A stretch of DNA of 44,532 nucleotides from a virus (Duplodnaviria > Caudoviricetes). This document shows, piece after piece, positions 42,619 to 44,532 of this stretch. Both the position numbers and the translations under genes were made by a program. Numbering within the stretch: the first letter of the stretch is position 1; every line of letters starts with the position of its first letter. The stretch lies in the IMG/VR virus record IMGVR_UViG_3300048576_000552, positions 1 to 44,532 of that record; one strand, 5' to 3'. The notes beneath the pieces are model-generated. The model was not told the origin of the DNA. It did not search any database and saw only the letters and a list, made by a program, of their open reading frames with translations.

Positions 42619-44532
42619 ATGGGCTACGGCGCTGAGTTTTTCAAAAAGATCACCGAAGAAGAAACACGCCAGGCCCGGCTCTTGGCGCATTGGATCGTCG
42701 GCCGGCTCACGCCCGAATCGGTGGTCGATTTCGGCTGTGCCGACGGGCTTTATTTGCGACCGTTTCAGGATTTGGGGATTAAAGTGCTCGGCATCGACTC
42801 CGCCCCCGCCGCGGCGGAAGTAAAGCAAATCGACAATTTTATGAACGCCGACATGACGACGCCGCTAGACGTCGGGCGATTCGACGCGGCGATCTGCCTG
42901 GAGACCTTGGAGCACATCGAGCCCGAAAAGGGGGACGCGGCCTTAGACAATCTATGCCAAGCGGCCGACACGATCGTCTTCAGCGCCGCGGTGCCTGGCC
43001 AGGGCGGCGAAGAACACATCAACCTCCGGCCGAAGGAATATTGGGTGGAAAAATTCCGCGAACGTGGATTTTTCATCGACCAGCAGCGAACGGCCGACTT
43101 GGTGGCTTATATCAAGAAAGGTCCGCACCTGGGTTGGTTCGTCAATAATGTGATGGTGCTGCGGAAGGCGGAGTTAATTCCCGCGACGCCCAAGAAAAAG
43201 ATGCGATTCCACATCATCGCCTTGCCACACACGCAGACCAGTAAGACGCACAATCTCTGCGCCTACACGATGAAGGTTTTTAATTTCTGTAAAATGATGA
43301 TGTCTTTGGGCCACGAGGTTTTTCACTATGGCGCGGAGGGCTCGAACCCGGATTGCACCGAACACATCCAGATTATCTCCAACAAGGAACAGGAAGAATT
43401 CTTTGGGCCGACCGACCTCACCAAATTCTATCCGATCGAGTGGGAAGAGTCGAAGCCTTATTGGGGGCTCACCAACCATCGAGCGATTGCCGAAATCATC
43501 AAACGGAAACAGAAGGGGGATTTTATTTGCGTGGGGGCTGGCGGAAGGATCTATGCGCCGATCGCCGAGGCCCTGAAGGCCGATTGCATCACTTCCGAAT
43601 TCGGCGTGGGCTACGAAGGGACGTTTACCAAGTTCCGCGTCTTCGAGTCTTACGCCGTGATGCACTTGATCTACGGATCCCAAACCGGATTCAACTCCAA
43701 CGGAAACCATTACGATTGCGTGATTCCCAACTTCTTTGATCCGAAGGATTTTCCCGCCGGCGACGGCAAGAAGGGTGACTACTTTCTCTATCTCGGCAGG
43801 TTAATTAGCCGCAAGGGCATCCTCACGGCGATCGAGGTCTGCAAGCGGCTCGGCAAGACGCTGGTCATCGCCGGCCAGGGCGTGAAGACTTTCGACAAGT
43901 TTCCGGCCACGGGCAAAACGCCGGCCATCTCAAAAATCGTCACCGATGCCGGCGAGGAGTTCGAGGGGCCGATCGAGTTCGTGGGGATCGCCGACGTTAA
44001 GAAGCGGACGGAGCTTTATCACGGAGCCATCGCCACTTTCGTTCCCACGGACTACATCGAGCCTTTTGGCGGGGTCAACGTGGAATCGCAACTGTGCGGC
44101 ACACCGGTGATCACCACCGACTTCGGGGCCTTCCCCGAGACCGTCGAGCACGGCAAGACCGGTTTCCGCTGCCGCACCCTTGACCACTTTTTGTATGCCG
44201 CCCGCAACGTCTCGAAGTTGGATCCGCAGTATATCCGCCAGCGGGCGCTCGAAAATTATTCGCTCGATCGCGTCCGGTTGATGTATCAAGAGTACTTTTC
44301 GATGCTCGCCGACCTCTGGAAGAGCGGCTGGTACGAGGAGCATTCCGACCGCATGGAACTGGATTGGCTCTCGCGTAAAGAACGCTGGATCCGGCCGCTA
44401 GGGACGCTTGCCCACCACGATTATCCACTGGGTGAAGTTGGGCCATCGGGTTGTGGTATTTGCCCAGTTGGGCCAACTGGCTGTAGCATCGAGGATGAAT
44501 CGGGCACGCTTCTTGGAGCGACCGGGATTTAA
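42619..44532 (+). CDS. Class I SAM methyltransferase fused to GT-B (GT4-like) glycosyltransferase
   Basis: VVDFGCADG, CLETLEHI and PGQGGEEHIN (MTase). From 43201 MRFHIIALPHT, YLGRLISRKG, EPFGGVNVE (EX7E), GTPVITTDFGAFPETV. Confidence 0.9.
   Translation: MGYGAEFFKKITEEETRQARLLAHWIVGRLTPESVVDFGCADGLYLRPFQDLGIKVLGIDSAPAAAEVKQIDNFMNADMTTPLDVGRFDAAICLETLEHIEPEKGDAALDNLCQAADTIVFSAAVPGQGGEEHINLRPKEYWVEKFRERGFFIDQQRTADLVAYIKKGPHLGWFVNNVMVLRKAELIPATPKKKMRFHIIALPHTQTSKTHNLCAYTMKVFNFCKMMMSLGHEVFHYGAEGSNPDCTEHIQIISNKEQEEFFGPTDLTKFYPIEWEESKPYWGLTNHRAIAEIIKRKQKGDFICVGAGGRIYAPIAEALKADCITSEFGVGYEGTFTKFRVFESYAVMHLIYGSQTGFNSNGNHYDCVIPNFFDPKDFPAGDGKKGDYFLYLGRLISRKGILTAIEVCKRLGKTLVIAGQGVKTFDKFPATGKTPAISKIVTDAGEEFEGPIEFVGIADVKKRTELYHGAIATFVPTDYIEPFGGVNVESQLCGTPVITTDFGAFPETVEHGKTGFRCRTLDHFLYAARNVSKLDPQYIRQRALENYSLDRVRLMYQEYFSMLADLWKSGWYEEHSDRMELDWLSRKERWIRPLGTLAHHDYPLGEVGPSGCGICPVGPTGCSIEDESGTLLGATGI

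Larger units (their letters stand above)
1..44532 (+). mobile_element. Lambda-like temperate phage/prophage (siphovirus-type, no sheath gene)
   Basis: Integrase, replication initiator, GpA-type terminase, lambda-family portal, S49 protease, capsid, tail tube, chaperone and tape measure in lambdoid order, all co-oriented. No att sites or repressor seen inside the window. Confidence 0.95.

Noticed and set aside
1-44532. tRNA genes, att direct repeats, CI-like repressor, tail sheath, ParA
   Set aside because: None recognisable by eye. The window starts and ends exactly on gene boundaries, so att sites and a repressor may lie outside.
43201-44532. Glycosyltransferase as a separate gene
   Set aside because: No stop separates it from the methyltransferase and the internal ATG has no clear SD; kept as a fusion, though an internal start is not excluded.

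Overview
The whole 44.5 kb window reads as one lambda-like temperate siphophage or prophage, with every credible gene on the + strand. The order is: tyrosine integrase; early genes (replication initiator with internal 21-bp iterons, a ParB/KorB-like DNA-binding protein, a CsrA missing from the ORF track, RimI, a SEC-C protein, Gp37/Gp68); a promoter/terminator region; an atypical lysis slot (permuted NlpC/P60 amidase plus a thioredoxin-trypsin membrane protease); a lambda-like cos; terminase; a ParB-fused DNA methyltransferase; head genes (gpW-like, portal, S49 protease with nested scaffold, DUF2190 cement, major capsid); tail genes (tube, chaperone with -1 frameshift, tape measure); a cement-domain/GH27 glycosidase fusion; a collagen-like (Gly-Ala-Thr) fibre; and a methyltransferase-glycosyltransferase fusion. 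A Planctomycetota host is inferred, not shown. The most notable items are: (i) an 18-bp palindrome dispersed at four sites, one inside the gene of its candidate binding protein; (ii) a probable capsid-displayed glycosidase with an altered pocket; (iii) a reductase-protease in place of a normal lysis cassette; (iv) a minus-strand structured RNA over the methyltransferase leader; (v) a possible virion-glycosylation module. All family calls come from motif recognition by eye; no database search was run.
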